A DNA stretch of 52,835 nucleotides, taken from NCBI GenBank assembly GCA_937888735.1, contig CALASN010000008.1, positions 1 to 52,835 of the forward strand, written 5' to 3'. The DNA comes from an uncultured Bacillota bacterium. GTDB lineage: Bacteria > Bacillota > DTU084. The notes under the pieces are model-generated. The model did no database searches and was not told the origin of the DNA. It was given only the letters and a program-made list of their open reading frames with translations. The stretch's first letter is position 1. Every line of letters starts with the position of its first letter. The translations under genes were made by a program, and so were the position numbers. This document shows, piece after piece, positions 9,883 through 19,282 of the stretch.

Positions 9883-12800
9883 TTACCAAATGCCGAGAAC
9901 CTGATTGTGAAAGGCCGTTCGGTGATTATTAACAGCATAAAGCTGAATAATGTATAATCCTCGCGGTAAGGTCCTGCCGTTTATTTTCCCGTCCCAAGGT
10001 ATCCCATTGTCCCCGGGCAGATATTCAACTTTATCCACCAAAGTGCCCACAAGACGGCCATTTTGCTCAAAAACCTTCAGCGTAATTATGGCCGGCTCCA
10101 ACAAATAAAATTTCAGCATAGTCTGTCCACGCGCGCCTGAGGACAGGCGGCTAAGCGGATTTGTGGTTAACGCCACTTCCGTCAAGAAAGTGCCTGCAGG
10201 ATCTGCGAGCGAGCCCAAAAGACCATAGATGGAAAACCGATCAATTTCAAAGCTCACAGTTCGCGTTTGTTCATCCACAATCCCGCCTACAGGCAGCCAC
10301 TCGTGCCGCGTAGAATCCCAACGGAAAATTCTCAGGCTGTGAGCCGGTACAAGCTTATCGCCTATAGTTTCAACCAATCCATCTTGAGCAACATAAGGAA
10401 TGGCAATCGTCAGCGGTCTAGCCAGCTTCTCGCCCTGCGCGATCCCGCTTGCAGCTAATTCGTAGACTGCTCCTGTCAAAGCCAAGCGGGGATTATAAGT
10501 CCGCTTTGCCAAAGCTTGCTTTTCCTGATTATGAACATTACCGACCTCTAAGAACGAGCCTGGAGGGATTTCTCCTGTTGGCACTTCGATTGCTAAGGTA
10601 ACGGTACCACCGTCTGACTTGGGTAGCTCAAATAAATAAGATGTTTTCCCAGATTCCAGCTGTTGCGAACTAGTTGCCACTTCGGTCAAGAAAGAAATTG
10701 ACTCGGCAACGAGCTCATTACCATCGAGATCCACAACGTTTTCAAACGTCACTTGATAAAGTGCGTCGCAAGTGAATATTTCCTGAGGAGTAAATTGCAA
10801 AGCCACATTATTTAAACCTGGAATAAAGGCAGTGCTACCGACAACAGTTACACCGCTTTGTGCTGTCACAATGATCTTTGGGGCAGGCTCAGCGCGTAAT
10901 TGCTTGTTAAAATAAACTTTGATTGCTGAATCAACTTTTACGTCTCCTTTGAGCGTCTTCTCGCTTTCAAGCTTAATCACCCGGGCAGATGAACTGGCCG
11001 TCTGTGTGCTGAATATCCAGCTGACTGGAAGCATTTGTAAGTTGGCATAGTCCACGGCGCCGCTTACCGTGACATTATAAGTAGCGTTCTGCTGAAGCTC
11101 GGACAGAACGTATACCGCCGTGAAGGAATCGTGATCATATGATAAAAATTGGCTCTTCTCAGCAGACAGTTCGACCCCGTTTCTATCTACGATCGTAACT
11201 TTTAAGCCCAGGGGCTTTCCGGCAGCATCGGTTTTGAGATCTTCACTGAACTCGACTGATAAAGCAGTATCGCTCCCGATATCAATGGACCATGGTTTAG
11301 GTTCCACAGCTAAAACGCCATTTCTGACTTTCACTTCAGGTCTTGTGGTATCTATGCTCGTAAACTGCCAGCTGAATCTTTTCATAGGTTCACCATTGGC
11401 GTCTTTGACGCCTTCAATTATCACCGTATACAAAACGTTTACCTTTAACCTAGGTAGCCGCCAGGTTAAAACATTGCCACTGCTGATTGCATTACCGTTG
11501 TCATATGCGTCGGAGATCTCTCCTGCTTCAGACCGCAGGGTTATGACCGCGACAGCATCGGGAAAAATCTCTTTATTAAATCTGATTACTACTGGTGCCG
11601 TTGTTTCGGCCGCCTCATCGTTCGCTGCCGGCGATACGTTCGTCACGTAGAGGCCGATCTCCTCAGGCTGAAAGCCCAGCCGCACTGTTTTTGTGGCAAC
11701 ATCGTTTAAGACGGAAGCGATTACTTCGACACTATCGATCTTATTGGCAGTACTGATATAAAAGATGGCAAGCCCTGAGCTATCCGTTCTGGCGGAAAGC
11801 GGTTCAATATCTCCGGGATTCAACAGTGCCGAATTATCACCGCTTATCTTTTCTTCAAGCCGAACTAGCCGGTTTCCCTGCCCCAAATTAATGGAAAGCT
11901 TCCATCTGCTAATGCCATCTGCGGGAATTTTTCCGGCTGGTACATCCTCTTCCGCCAAGCCAACGGCCAGCTGCCTTTCCGGCTCGTCATGAGAAATAGC
12001 CACTTTTGCTGTAAATTGAACCGACTTTGTGAGGATTGTCTCTGCGCCGCTGGCAAAATCAGGGGCGATTGTGGCTGTGAGCGTTTCCGAGAGAGGCATG
12101 GCGCTTGCCTCAGCCAAAATCTCGAAGACAGCTTCCCCGCTTTGAGCATCTGGATTCTCAGCAGTTGGCCCTGTGAGTAAAGTTGCAGACCCAATAACCT
12201 GGATCCCTTCTGAACTGGCTAAAGTCACAGAACGTCCATTAATCGGTTGCGCGGCATGATCTTTCACCACAACCTTAACTGTTCTGATGCTTTCGCCATC
12301 AGCGCTAAACGGCTCGTCGGAAAACTCAATTTTGCTGTTTGTCTCCGAAGTAGCCTGTAAGAATTCAATATTTACTGTTTGGTTTACCGCAACCAAGTTG
12401 GAAACTATATCAATGCTTGCTCCTAGAGTTGCGGTGCCGCTGTGCGTAGAAGCTAAAGCGAAGACTGCAACGCCGTTGAGATCAGTCGTGGCTTCGCGCT
12501 CTTGAAACGGCAATGTCCCTGCGAGCTTGTTAATTGCCACGCATTCGCCGGGGAGAGGATTATCATCTTTATCTTTCACCGTTACTTCTAACATAATATT
12601 ACTTTGACCGTCTGCTAAAGCTCGCGCGGCGCTTGCAGTGACATCAGAAAGCTGGCTGTCCGGCACCGCCCTGAAGAACTGGACTTCTGTCAGAGGCATG
12701 TTTTGCCCGGAGTGCAAATTACGAATGGTGATTTGCACATAGCGAACGGATTTATTTTGTAGCGGTATTTCCAACTCAAATGAACGTTCGGGAACATCAA

Positions 12801-13677
12801 GTGGCAGCTTCTGTCCGAACCACTGAATTGCAGGTTCGGTAATGTAGTCTCCACCTTCCGAACGGTAAGCTACTGTTACTTCCTTAATCCCCCACCATTC
12901 ATTGGGCATCGTGCTTATCAATTTGATCTTTTCAAGTGGCTGATTTCTTAAGAAGTCAAATGTTATGGTACTAAATCGGATTTGCATTGAACTGGGCCAG
13001 GTAGCTCTAGACCCTACCGGATCTGCCGGCGTGGCGTCTGTCAGAATGCCTTGACCAAATAAATGCGGGCCGCTGCCTTCTTCAGCAGGAGATGTTGTAT
13101 ATGAATACCGACCGGTTTTTATTATGGGATCAAACCCCTCATAAAACTGGACCTCTGTCAAAGGCATATTTTGTCCGGAATGCAAATTACGTACTGTGAT
13201 TTCAACATAACGAGCCACTTTGTTGTCCATGGGAATCGTCAGCTCAAAACGGCGATCTGGGACCTGCAGAGGCACGCTTGTACCATACCAATTAATGCTC
13301 TCTATGGCTTGATCTGAACCATCAGCGGAGCGGTATTTTACTGTTACATATCTGACTCCCCACCATTCATTGTCGCACTTACTAACTAATTTAATATCTT
13401 TTAGCGGATAATCCTTTTGTAAATCAAATGTAATTGCTGACTCGCGGATATTCATTGTCTTAGGCCATTTTGCCGTCCCGCCGTCAGGATCATCAGGCGT
13501 GCCGTCAGTTAATAAACCGGCACCGTAAGGATGCGGTCCTATGCTTTCATTATCGGGAGCTAAGCCGTACTGATAGGTGGCGCCAGTAATGGCGCTAGCT
13601 TGCGCTAAAGCGAAGCCTACCAGCAGGCAGCAGTTGAGAATGAAAAACTCTAAGCTCCGTCGTGTTATTTTATTCAT
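9883..13677 (-). CDS. 1264-aa secreted modular protein: two discoidin-like modules, Big_1-like and Big_5-like Ig domains, C-terminal FlgD-Ig/T9SS-type-A-like domain
   Basis: Signal peptide; two ~150-aa repeats; ADG-type Ig repeats (ALADGQS, FSADGES, IPADGIS); Big_5-like repeats (VVIRFNKEI, LSVEFSEDL, IKVYFNKQL); tail ITLKVFEQNGRLVGTL...WDGKINGRTLPRGLYII. Confidence 0.75.
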   Translation of the reverse strand: MNKITRRSLEFFILNCCLLVGFALAQASAITGATYQYGLAPDNESIGPHPYGAGLLTDGTPDDPDGGTAKWPKTMNIRESAITFDLQKDYPLKDIKLVSKCDNEWWGVRYVTVKYRSADGSDQAIESINWYGTSVPLQVPDRRFELTIPMDNKVARYVEITVRNLHSGQNMPLTEVQFYEGFDPIIKTGRYSYTTSPAEEGSGPHLFGQGILTDATPADPVGSRATWPSSMQIRFSTITFDFLRNQPLEKIKLISTMPNEWWGIKEVTVAYRSEGGDYITEPAIQWFGQKLPLDVPERSFELEIPLQNKSVRYVQITIRNLHSGQNMPLTEVQFFRAVPDSQLSDVTASAARALADGQSNIMLEVTVKDKDDNPLPGECVAINKLAGTLPFQEREATTDLNGVAVFALASTHSGTATLGASIDIVSNLVAVNQTVNIEFLQATSETNSKIEFSDEPFSADGESIRTVKVVVKDHAAQPINGRSVTLASSEGIQVIGSATLLTGPTAENPDAQSGEAVFEILAEASAMPLSETLTATIAPDFASGAETILTKSVQFTAKVAISHDEPERQLAVGLAEEDVPAGKIPADGISRWKLSINLGQGNRLVRLEEKISGDNSALLNPGDIEPLSARTDSSGLAIFYISTANKIDSVEVIASVLNDVATKTVRLGFQPEEIGLYVTNVSPAANDEAAETTAPVVIRFNKEIFPDAVAVITLRSEAGEISDAYDNGNAISSGNVLTWRLPRLKVNVLYTVIIEGVKDANGEPMKRFSWQFTSIDTTRPEVKVRNGVLAVEPKPWSIDIGSDTALSVEFSEDLKTDAAGKPLGLKVTIVDRNGVELSAEKSQFLSYDHDSFTAVYVLSELQQNATYNVTVSGAVDYANLQMLPVSWIFSTQTASSSARVIKLESEKTLKGDVKVDSAIKVYFNKQLRAEPAPKIIVTAQSGVTVVGSTAFIPGLNNVALQFTPQEIFTCDALYQVTFENVVDLDGNELVAESISFLTEVATSSQQLESGKTSYLFELPKSDGGTVTLAIEVPTGEIPPGSFLEVGNVHNQEKQALAKRTYNPRLALTGAVYELAASGIAQGEKLARPLTIAIPYVAQDGLVETIGDKLVPAHSLRIFRWDSTRHEWLPVGGIVDEQTRTVSFEIDRFSIYGLLGSLADPAGTFLTEVALTTNPLSRLSSGARGQTMLKFYLLEPAIITLKVFEQNGRLVGTLVDKVEYLPGDNGIPWDGKINGRTLPRGLYIIQLYAVNNHRTAFHNQVLGIW

Positions 13678-13719
13678 TCTGTTCCCTCCTCAGAAATGGC
13701 GCCTTTTATTTTTGAAAAC

Positions 13720-13741
13720 GGGTTGCCGCTCGCGGCAACCC
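13720..13741 (-). terminator. Intra-operon GC-rich hairpin (partial terminator or mRNA stabiliser)
   Basis: GGGTTGCCGC-GA-GCGGCAACCC followed by GTTTT on the minus strand, 7 nt after the GH50 stop. Confidence 0.6.
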
Positions 13742-13748
13742 TAGACGA

Positions 13749-16319
13749 CTAATTTGCAGACAGGCCCAGTTCTTCCTTTGTCACTGGACTTTTCTCCCCA
13801 GCGTGGATTTGAAAAAGAGCGTTATTTGTCTCAATTACGTTTGTCAACATCTGCTTATAAGGTTGATCCGCTTGATTCAACAGACCAAAGTTACAATTCT
13901 CTCCACCGGGAAGATTACGTTTTGTAACCGCCTGATCGTAGTATAAAAAGTAGCCAAATCCGACAAAATACGGGCTAGAAGCTAAATTTTCCACCACATA
14001 ACGGTAATACAATCCTCGTTCTTTTTCTGAATTCACAGGAGCGTGAATGGCTGTTAAGCCCCGAGCGGCGACTGAGAATGAAAATTCTAATAGGAGAATG
14101 GGCTTCCCATATTGTTCATAGGTTTTAATCCAGGCTGGAGACGTTGTATAGGAATCAAAGCTTATCGCATCTAACGCCTTAAGCCCGCCTGTCTCCCACT
14201 CTAGCGAGCTATGCCAGCCAACGGTCAGCGAAGACCCCAACAGCAAATGATTTGGATCATAGTGCCTTATAATCTTCGAGGCAACACAGTAATACTGTTC
14301 TGAAGCATAACGAATAAAGTCGCTGATATCAGAAGCTGGCACAGCTTCTATATCAATGGGAGTAGCCACTAACTCTTCGAAGGAAGTAACTTGGACTCCC
14401 CAGGCAATGATAATGTCCATAATGCTGCCGTAGCGTTTTTTAATGAATTCAACAAAAGCTTTTTTAGCCGCTAATTCTCCACCTTGACGCAAAACCTCCT
14501 GGACAATCTCGCGATCCCACCCTTTTTCACTCTGAAAGGTGTGCCCTAAAACCCAAGGATCATCTTTCAATGCCAAGAGCGTCCCTTTAACCCCGTCCTC
14601 GACAGCTTTAGGAAAGCCTGGATCGAATGGATCAACAGCCCATTTAATCATCTTGGGATCTTTAGGATTGAGCACCGTGATATAGGGGAATTCCACTGCA
14701 GCTTCCCGCGTCCACTTACTATGGGCATTAAAACCCCAAGCGAGCATCCGTTTATAAGTAATATCCGTCCATTTTTCGCGCCATGAAACGCCGTATTTGC
14801 GTTTTAAGTTTGCCACTACGAAATTAAGCATGGTTCCAGAGGAAACGTATGCTTGGGAAAAAAGCTCACGATCCGGCAATTCCTTAAAAACGCCCCGCCT
14901 TGTTCCGTCCAGGTTATAAACGGGAGTGGCATATCCCCATTCGTTGATATGAGCCACCGCATCGATTCCTTTGGCTAAAAACCGATTGCCCTCAGGAGTA
15001 ATAAACCACCATCTGCCATCTATTTCTTCCAAATAAAAGAAACCTGTTGCCGGATATGTCTTCTCTCCTTTAATTCCTCCATAGATATCGCACTTATCCA
15101 GATCGAGCTTAACATCTTTTAAGAGTTCTGCCTCTGCTTGCCCGTCTGTAACCAACTGTTCATCGCTGGCGATCTTCCCCGGCCAATCCTCATAGAGGTA
15201 TTGGCCGTAGCGATCTACCAACAGAAAATCTCTTTTCATTTCCAGCAATAATTCTTCCGCACTTACCGGCTCTAAAGGCGACACATTAGCGTTAGCGACA
15301 TAGATCTCTACTTCTGTGAGGGGTGTATTTGCCCACCAATTGCTTGAAATATCCAATTTAACGAAACGGGCATATTTATTTTCATTTTTGATCGGAAAAA
15401 TCAGTTCAAAATTGCGTTCCGGCGTTTTCAAGGGGACGCTTGCCCCATACCAAGCGGCGTTACCCGCCACAAAATAGACATCGCTCGCTTGAGGCCGATA
15501 GCCTAAAGAAACGGATTTAATTCCCCAATATTCATTGGGCGCATTTGAAACCACCCGGATTTTCTCCAAAGGATACTCGCCCATCAGATCAAATACCACT
15601 GTGATCGTCCCTGGTTTGCTGCTGTCGGCATTCCATTTGGCTGTATTGCCGGTCATTCCGTCTGTGAGATAACCTACGTCGAAAGAAATGGGGCCTGCTC
15701 CCTCATTACCGGGAGCTGCGCTGTAGATATATTGGCCGGTTTCAAGCACCGTACTGCTTTGCGCAGGCGCTGCAACAGCAGCGTCTTTACTGAAAAAACT
15801 CACTTGGGATAATGGCATATTTTGTCCATAATGCAAATTGCGAATGGTCACTTTTACATACCTAGCTGTGATCTCCAACGGAATTTTTAATTCAAACAGA
15901 CGTTGACTGATCTGTAGAGGCAGCTGTGTTCCATACCAGTCATAACTTCCCTGCTCAAAAAAACTGTTCCCATCCGTGCTATAGCTGACAATTACTTTTC
16001 TTATCCCCCAGTATTCATTTGGACACCGGCTTTCTAAAATAACAGATTCAAGCTCATTGCTCCTCAACAGATCAAAAGTAATTGTCACCTCACGAAGATT
16101 AAGCGAAAAGGGCCAACGTGCGGTATCACCTGCTAGATCCGCTTCAGTCCCATCCGTAAGGATACCGGCCGCAAAAGAAATGGGGCCGGCCACCTCATTA
16201 ACCGGCGCCACATTATATTGATATGTCCCCTGCTTAATCAGCGTTTGGGCTGAGAGCCCAGTGCAGGATAGAGCTAAACAGAAGAGAAGCAAACCGAACT
16301 TCCAATGGCGACGACACAT
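13749..16319 (-). CDS. Secreted GH50 (beta-agarase-like) glycoside hydrolase with two N-terminal discoidin-like modules
   Basis: Motifs VDRYGQY, WPGKI, TGFFYLEEIDGRWWFITPEG, RMLAWGFN, DPFDP, LLEFSF, YYDQ, GENCNFG. Confidence 0.8.
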   Translation of the reverse strand: MCRRHWKFGLLLFCLALSCTGLSAQTLIKQGTYQYNVAPVNEVAGPISFAAGILTDGTEADLAGDTARWPFSLNLREVTITFDLLRSNELESVILESRCPNEYWGIRKVIVSYSTDGNSFFEQGSYDWYGTQLPLQISQRLFELKIPLEITARYVKVTIRNLHYGQNMPLSQVSFFSKDAAVAAPAQSSTVLETGQYIYSAAPGNEGAGPISFDVGYLTDGMTGNTAKWNADSSKPGTITVVFDLMGEYPLEKIRVVSNAPNEYWGIKSVSLGYRPQASDVYFVAGNAAWYGASVPLKTPERNFELIFPIKNENKYARFVKLDISSNWWANTPLTEVEIYVANANVSPLEPVSAEELLLEMKRDFLLVDRYGQYLYEDWPGKIASDEQLVTDGQAEAELLKDVKLDLDKCDIYGGIKGEKTYPATGFFYLEEIDGRWWFITPEGNRFLAKGIDAVAHINEWGYATPVYNLDGTRRGVFKELPDRELFSQAYVSSGTMLNFVVANLKRKYGVSWREKWTDITYKRMLAWGFNAHSKWTREAAVEFPYITVLNPKDPKMIKWAVDPFDPGFPKAVEDGVKGTLLALKDDPWVLGHTFQSEKGWDREIVQEVLRQGGELAAKKAFVEFIKKRYGSIMDIIIAWGVQVTSFEELVATPIDIEAVPASDISDFIRYASEQYYCVASKIIRHYDPNHLLLGSSLTVGWHSSLEWETGGLKALDAISFDSYTTSPAWIKTYEQYGKPILLLEFSFSVAARGLTAIHAPVNSEKERGLYYRYVVENLASSPYFVGFGYFLYYDQAVTKRNLPGGENCNFGLLNQADQPYKQMLTNVIETNNALFQIHAGEKSPVTKEELGLSAN

Positions 16320-16385
16320 TCTCTCACCCCCATGTTTCTACATCAAAAATCTACAAAGAGCAACGTCTCACTTTGCCACAGGAGA

Positions 16386-17765
16386 TCATTGCTTGTTGAG
16401 AAACCGGGTTTCAAAGTCTTGGGCCGCTTTCTTCATTAGTCGAGCGGGATCAGCCGTTCGTTCGGTTAAAACTGATTCAACAGCTGGTCCGAGATATTCG
16501 GAATACAGCTGCTGACAAAACATAGGCGGTTCGGTTCTCATATACTTAACGGCTTCTTGCCAGATATCTCCGAAGCTAATGAAGACATCGCTGTACTCCT
16601 TTGCTGCTGCTTGAGCTCGCCCAGCAATATCGCCGTTAAAAATAGGAAGCACGGAAAGCATTCCAACCTGTCCCCTCTTGCGCAGATCTTCACCTTTTTC
16701 GCTTATTCTCTCTTTGGATAGCTCATCAAGCAGTGACCACATAATCCATTTAAATGCCGCCTGCTGCACCTCTGGTTTGCTATTAGGATTAATGATACTG
16801 TAATTTGCTCCCATTTGATTTGCACGACCAGCCGGCCCGGCAGGGAGCAACGCCATACCGATGTCCTCCAATTTCATCCCGTACTGATTTACTAAAATTG
16901 GAATTTGATCTTGGGCTGCATAAATGATCCCAATTTGTCCAGCTGCAAATCTCGGTAGCAAGTCCTGTCTGGTGGCCAATAGATTAGTTTGAAAGACATC
17001 GTGTTTCCAACGTAAATCTTTAATGAATTCTAATCCCCTGATCGCTTCTGGCTCATCGAAAACAGCCTTCCAACGTCCATTTTCTTCTTTCTCAAAATCG
17101 CCCCCAGCTTGCCAGACGAAATTCAGAAGTCCCCAGCCAGCTTCTGCATCTTTGCCTAAAACGCCGAAGCCTGCCACTCCTTTTTTCCTATTAGTAATCT
17201 TCTTCGCCGCTGCCGTTAGCTCATGCCAATTCGTTGGCGGCTCGACAATTCCAGCTTCCCTGAACAGTTTCTTATTATAGATCATGCCAATGATATAACC
17301 ATTGCGAGCGATTGCATAAAAGCGCTCCCCGCGACGGAAAGGTTCCAACATTTCCCGGTTTAACTGAGCGCTGTATTTCCATTGATTTATCATCTCAGAG
17401 AGATCTAACGCATAGCCGCGATCCGCCATATACCCTTCAGTTGCAAAAAGGTTAATTACGTCTTCAGCCGTACCTCCAATCATGCTTGTGGTAAAAGAAT
17501 CTGGGGAATAGCCACGATCTGTCCAGCGGATTTCGATTTCCGGATACTCCTTATTGAAACGGACAATTTTTTCCTTCGTTCGCTTTACTTCAATTGTATC
17601 CGTCTCTTTAGGGCCGCCACTTATGACAACAGTAACTTTCCCCTTTCCGCTCGAGGCCTCTTCTTTCCGTTTACCCTTGTTATTTATGGATGGTATGGTC
17701 AGGAGCAACAAAAAGGCGACTGCCAAAGCAAACCAATAAACGCGCTTATCAATTTTTTTCATCAC
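16386..17765 (-). CDS. ABC transporter extracellular sugar-binding protein (family 1)
   Basis: N-terminal hydrophobic anchor; IYNKKLFREAGI..PPTNW, FVWQAGG, AAFKWI motifs. Confidence 0.88.
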   Translation of the reverse strand: MMKKIDKRVYWFALAVAFLLLLTIPSINNKGKRKEEASSGKGKVTVVISGGPKETDTIEVKRTKEKIVRFNKEYPEIEIRWTDRGYSPDSFTTSMIGGTAEDVINLFATEGYMADRGYALDLSEMINQWKYSAQLNREMLEPFRRGERFYAIARNGYIIGMIYNKKLFREAGIVEPPTNWHELTAAAKKITNRKKGVAGFGVLGKDAEAGWGLLNFVWQAGGDFEKEENGRWKAVFDEPEAIRGLEFIKDLRWKHDVFQTNLLATRQDLLPRFAAGQIGIIYAAQDQIPILVNQYGMKLEDIGMALLPAGPAGRANQMGANYSIINPNSKPEVQQAAFKWIMWSLLDELSKERISEKGEDLRKRGQVGMLSVLPIFNGDIAGRAQAAAKEYSDVFISFGDIWQEAVKYMRTEPPMFCQQLYSEYLGPAVESVLTERTADPARLMKKAAQDFETRFLNKQ

Positions 17766-17878
17766 TCTGAGCTCCTTTTCTTAATTTTGATTTCGGGCTA
17801 CCTTCTTCAGACCAAAAAATCAAAAACAATTTCCTTTATTCTTATCCCCCTCCCAAGCTAAGTATTTGCAAAACAAAT

Positions 17879-17898
17879 TAGCTGAAAATCTTCAGCTA
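17879..17898. promoter_or_regulatory. Inverted repeat between lacI and the binding-protein gene (operator or hairpin)
   Basis: TAGCTGAA-AATC-TTCAGCTA. Confidence 0.35.
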
Positions 17899-18001
17899 TA
17901 TTAAAAGGAAAACAATAACATCTTATCTTCTAGAATGAGCTCCACACAAGATAAACTTTTTCCCCAGCTAACAGCGCCATCAAAGCGGCCACACTTGCTC
18001 T

Positions 18002-19015
18002 TCAGTTTCTGGGAAAGTCTGTACTTCTACGTACTATCAATTCTACATTGCTGATGATCTGCGATGGGGGAAGCGCCTCTCCTCGAATCCGGCGATGCAA
18101 AGCTGCAAAAGCCAATCGTGCCATCTGTTCTCGAGCAACACGAACAGTTGAAAGCGGCGGGGCTGTAATCGACGCTGCGGCATCGTCATCAAAACCTAAC
18201 ACAGAGATATCTTGGGGAACCTTTAGCCCTTGTTCAAGAAAGAAGTTAATTGCACTGCGCGCCATGGGATCATTGCAGGCAAAGATAGCGGTCGGCGGTT
18301 TGGGAGAAGAAATCAACTTCCGCAATTCTTCTGGCCCTATTTTATTGGAAGTCGCTTTTACCAAGTAATTAGGGTTGACCGTAATCCCACGTTCGTCTAA
18401 AGCAAGCCGAAAGCCCGTGAAACGTTGCTTAAAACTCAGTCCTTCACTGATAGTGCAAGCAATGTCTCTATGCCCCAGCTGGATAAGATATTCCACCGCC
18501 TTTTTCGCTCCCCAGATGTTATCCGTCAGCACATTGTCTATTTCGTTAATCTCCTGCTGCACATCCAATCCCACCATGGGGATGCCGGTGTTCAACAAAC
18601 GCGTTATTAACTCAATGTCTATTCTGCCCACCAAAATTAAGCCGTCCGTTTTTTTATCCGCAATGAGGGCAAAGAGCATTTTCTCCTGCACCGCATTGCC
18701 GGCGTAATTGAAAGTGAGCTGATAGCCTTTATTGGCAGCCTCTTTCTGAATTGTACTTAAAATCAGTGGATAAAAAAAACTCACATCCGAATTGAAATCA
18801 ATATCCGAACTAGCCACAAAGCAGATGTTCCTGGCAGCCTGTTCCTCGCTTTTACGATATCTTTTTCGTTTTCCGTTGTAACCGTATTTGTGGGCCATCA
18901 GCAAAATGGTTTCCTTCATCTCGGGATTGACTCCTTCCTTAGAGTTCAGAGCCCGGGAAACCGTCGATTTATCCACATTCAACATTTTTGCAATCTGCGA
19001 TTGTGTTATTGCCAT
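18002..19015 (-). CDS. LacI-family transcriptional regulator
   Basis: HTH ITQSQIAKMLNVDKSTVSRALN; PTAIFACND and VPQDISVLGFDD; ATG 19015 follows GGGGTGA. Confidence 0.92.
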   Translation of the reverse strand: MAITQSQIAKMLNVDKSTVSRALNSKEGVNPEMKETILLMAHKYGYNGKRKRYRKSEEQAARNICFVASSDIDFNSDVSFFYPLILSTIQKEAANKGYQLTFNYAGNAVQEKMLFALIADKKTDGLILVGRIDIELITRLLNTGIPMVGLDVQQEINEIDNVLTDNIWGAKKAVEYLIQLGHRDIACTISEGLSFKQRFTGFRLALDERGITVNPNYLVKATSNKIGPEELRKLISSPKPPTAIFACNDPMARSAINFFLEQGLKVPQDISVLGFDDDAAASITAPPLSTVRVAREQMARLAFAALHRRIRGEALPPSQIISNVELIVRRSTDFPRN

Positions 19016-19098
19016 TGCTATCACCCCGCAATTCAATGGAACGATACAGCAAATTGTAACGCAACTTTTTTCATTTATTTTACATCTTTTATAGCAAC

Positions 19099-19127
19099 AT
19101 TATAATTCCCTTACCAAGTATTGTCAA
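19099..19127 (-). promoter_or_regulatory. Perfect sigma-A consensus promoter for lacI and the downstream polysaccharide locus
   Basis: TTGACA (19127-19122)-17 bp-TATAAT (19104-19099) on the minus strand. Confidence 0.85.
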
Positions 19128-19282
19128 GGATTATTTTTCACACATCGCCAATAAATATCTATTCTAACAGTAATTTTCCGGATTTATCAACTTCTGTTCT
19201 CTACATTTAGGCTTAGTATCTTCTTCAACTTAATAAATTTTATCATGATAATAATGCGCAACTTTTACGCAACAAAATGCCT

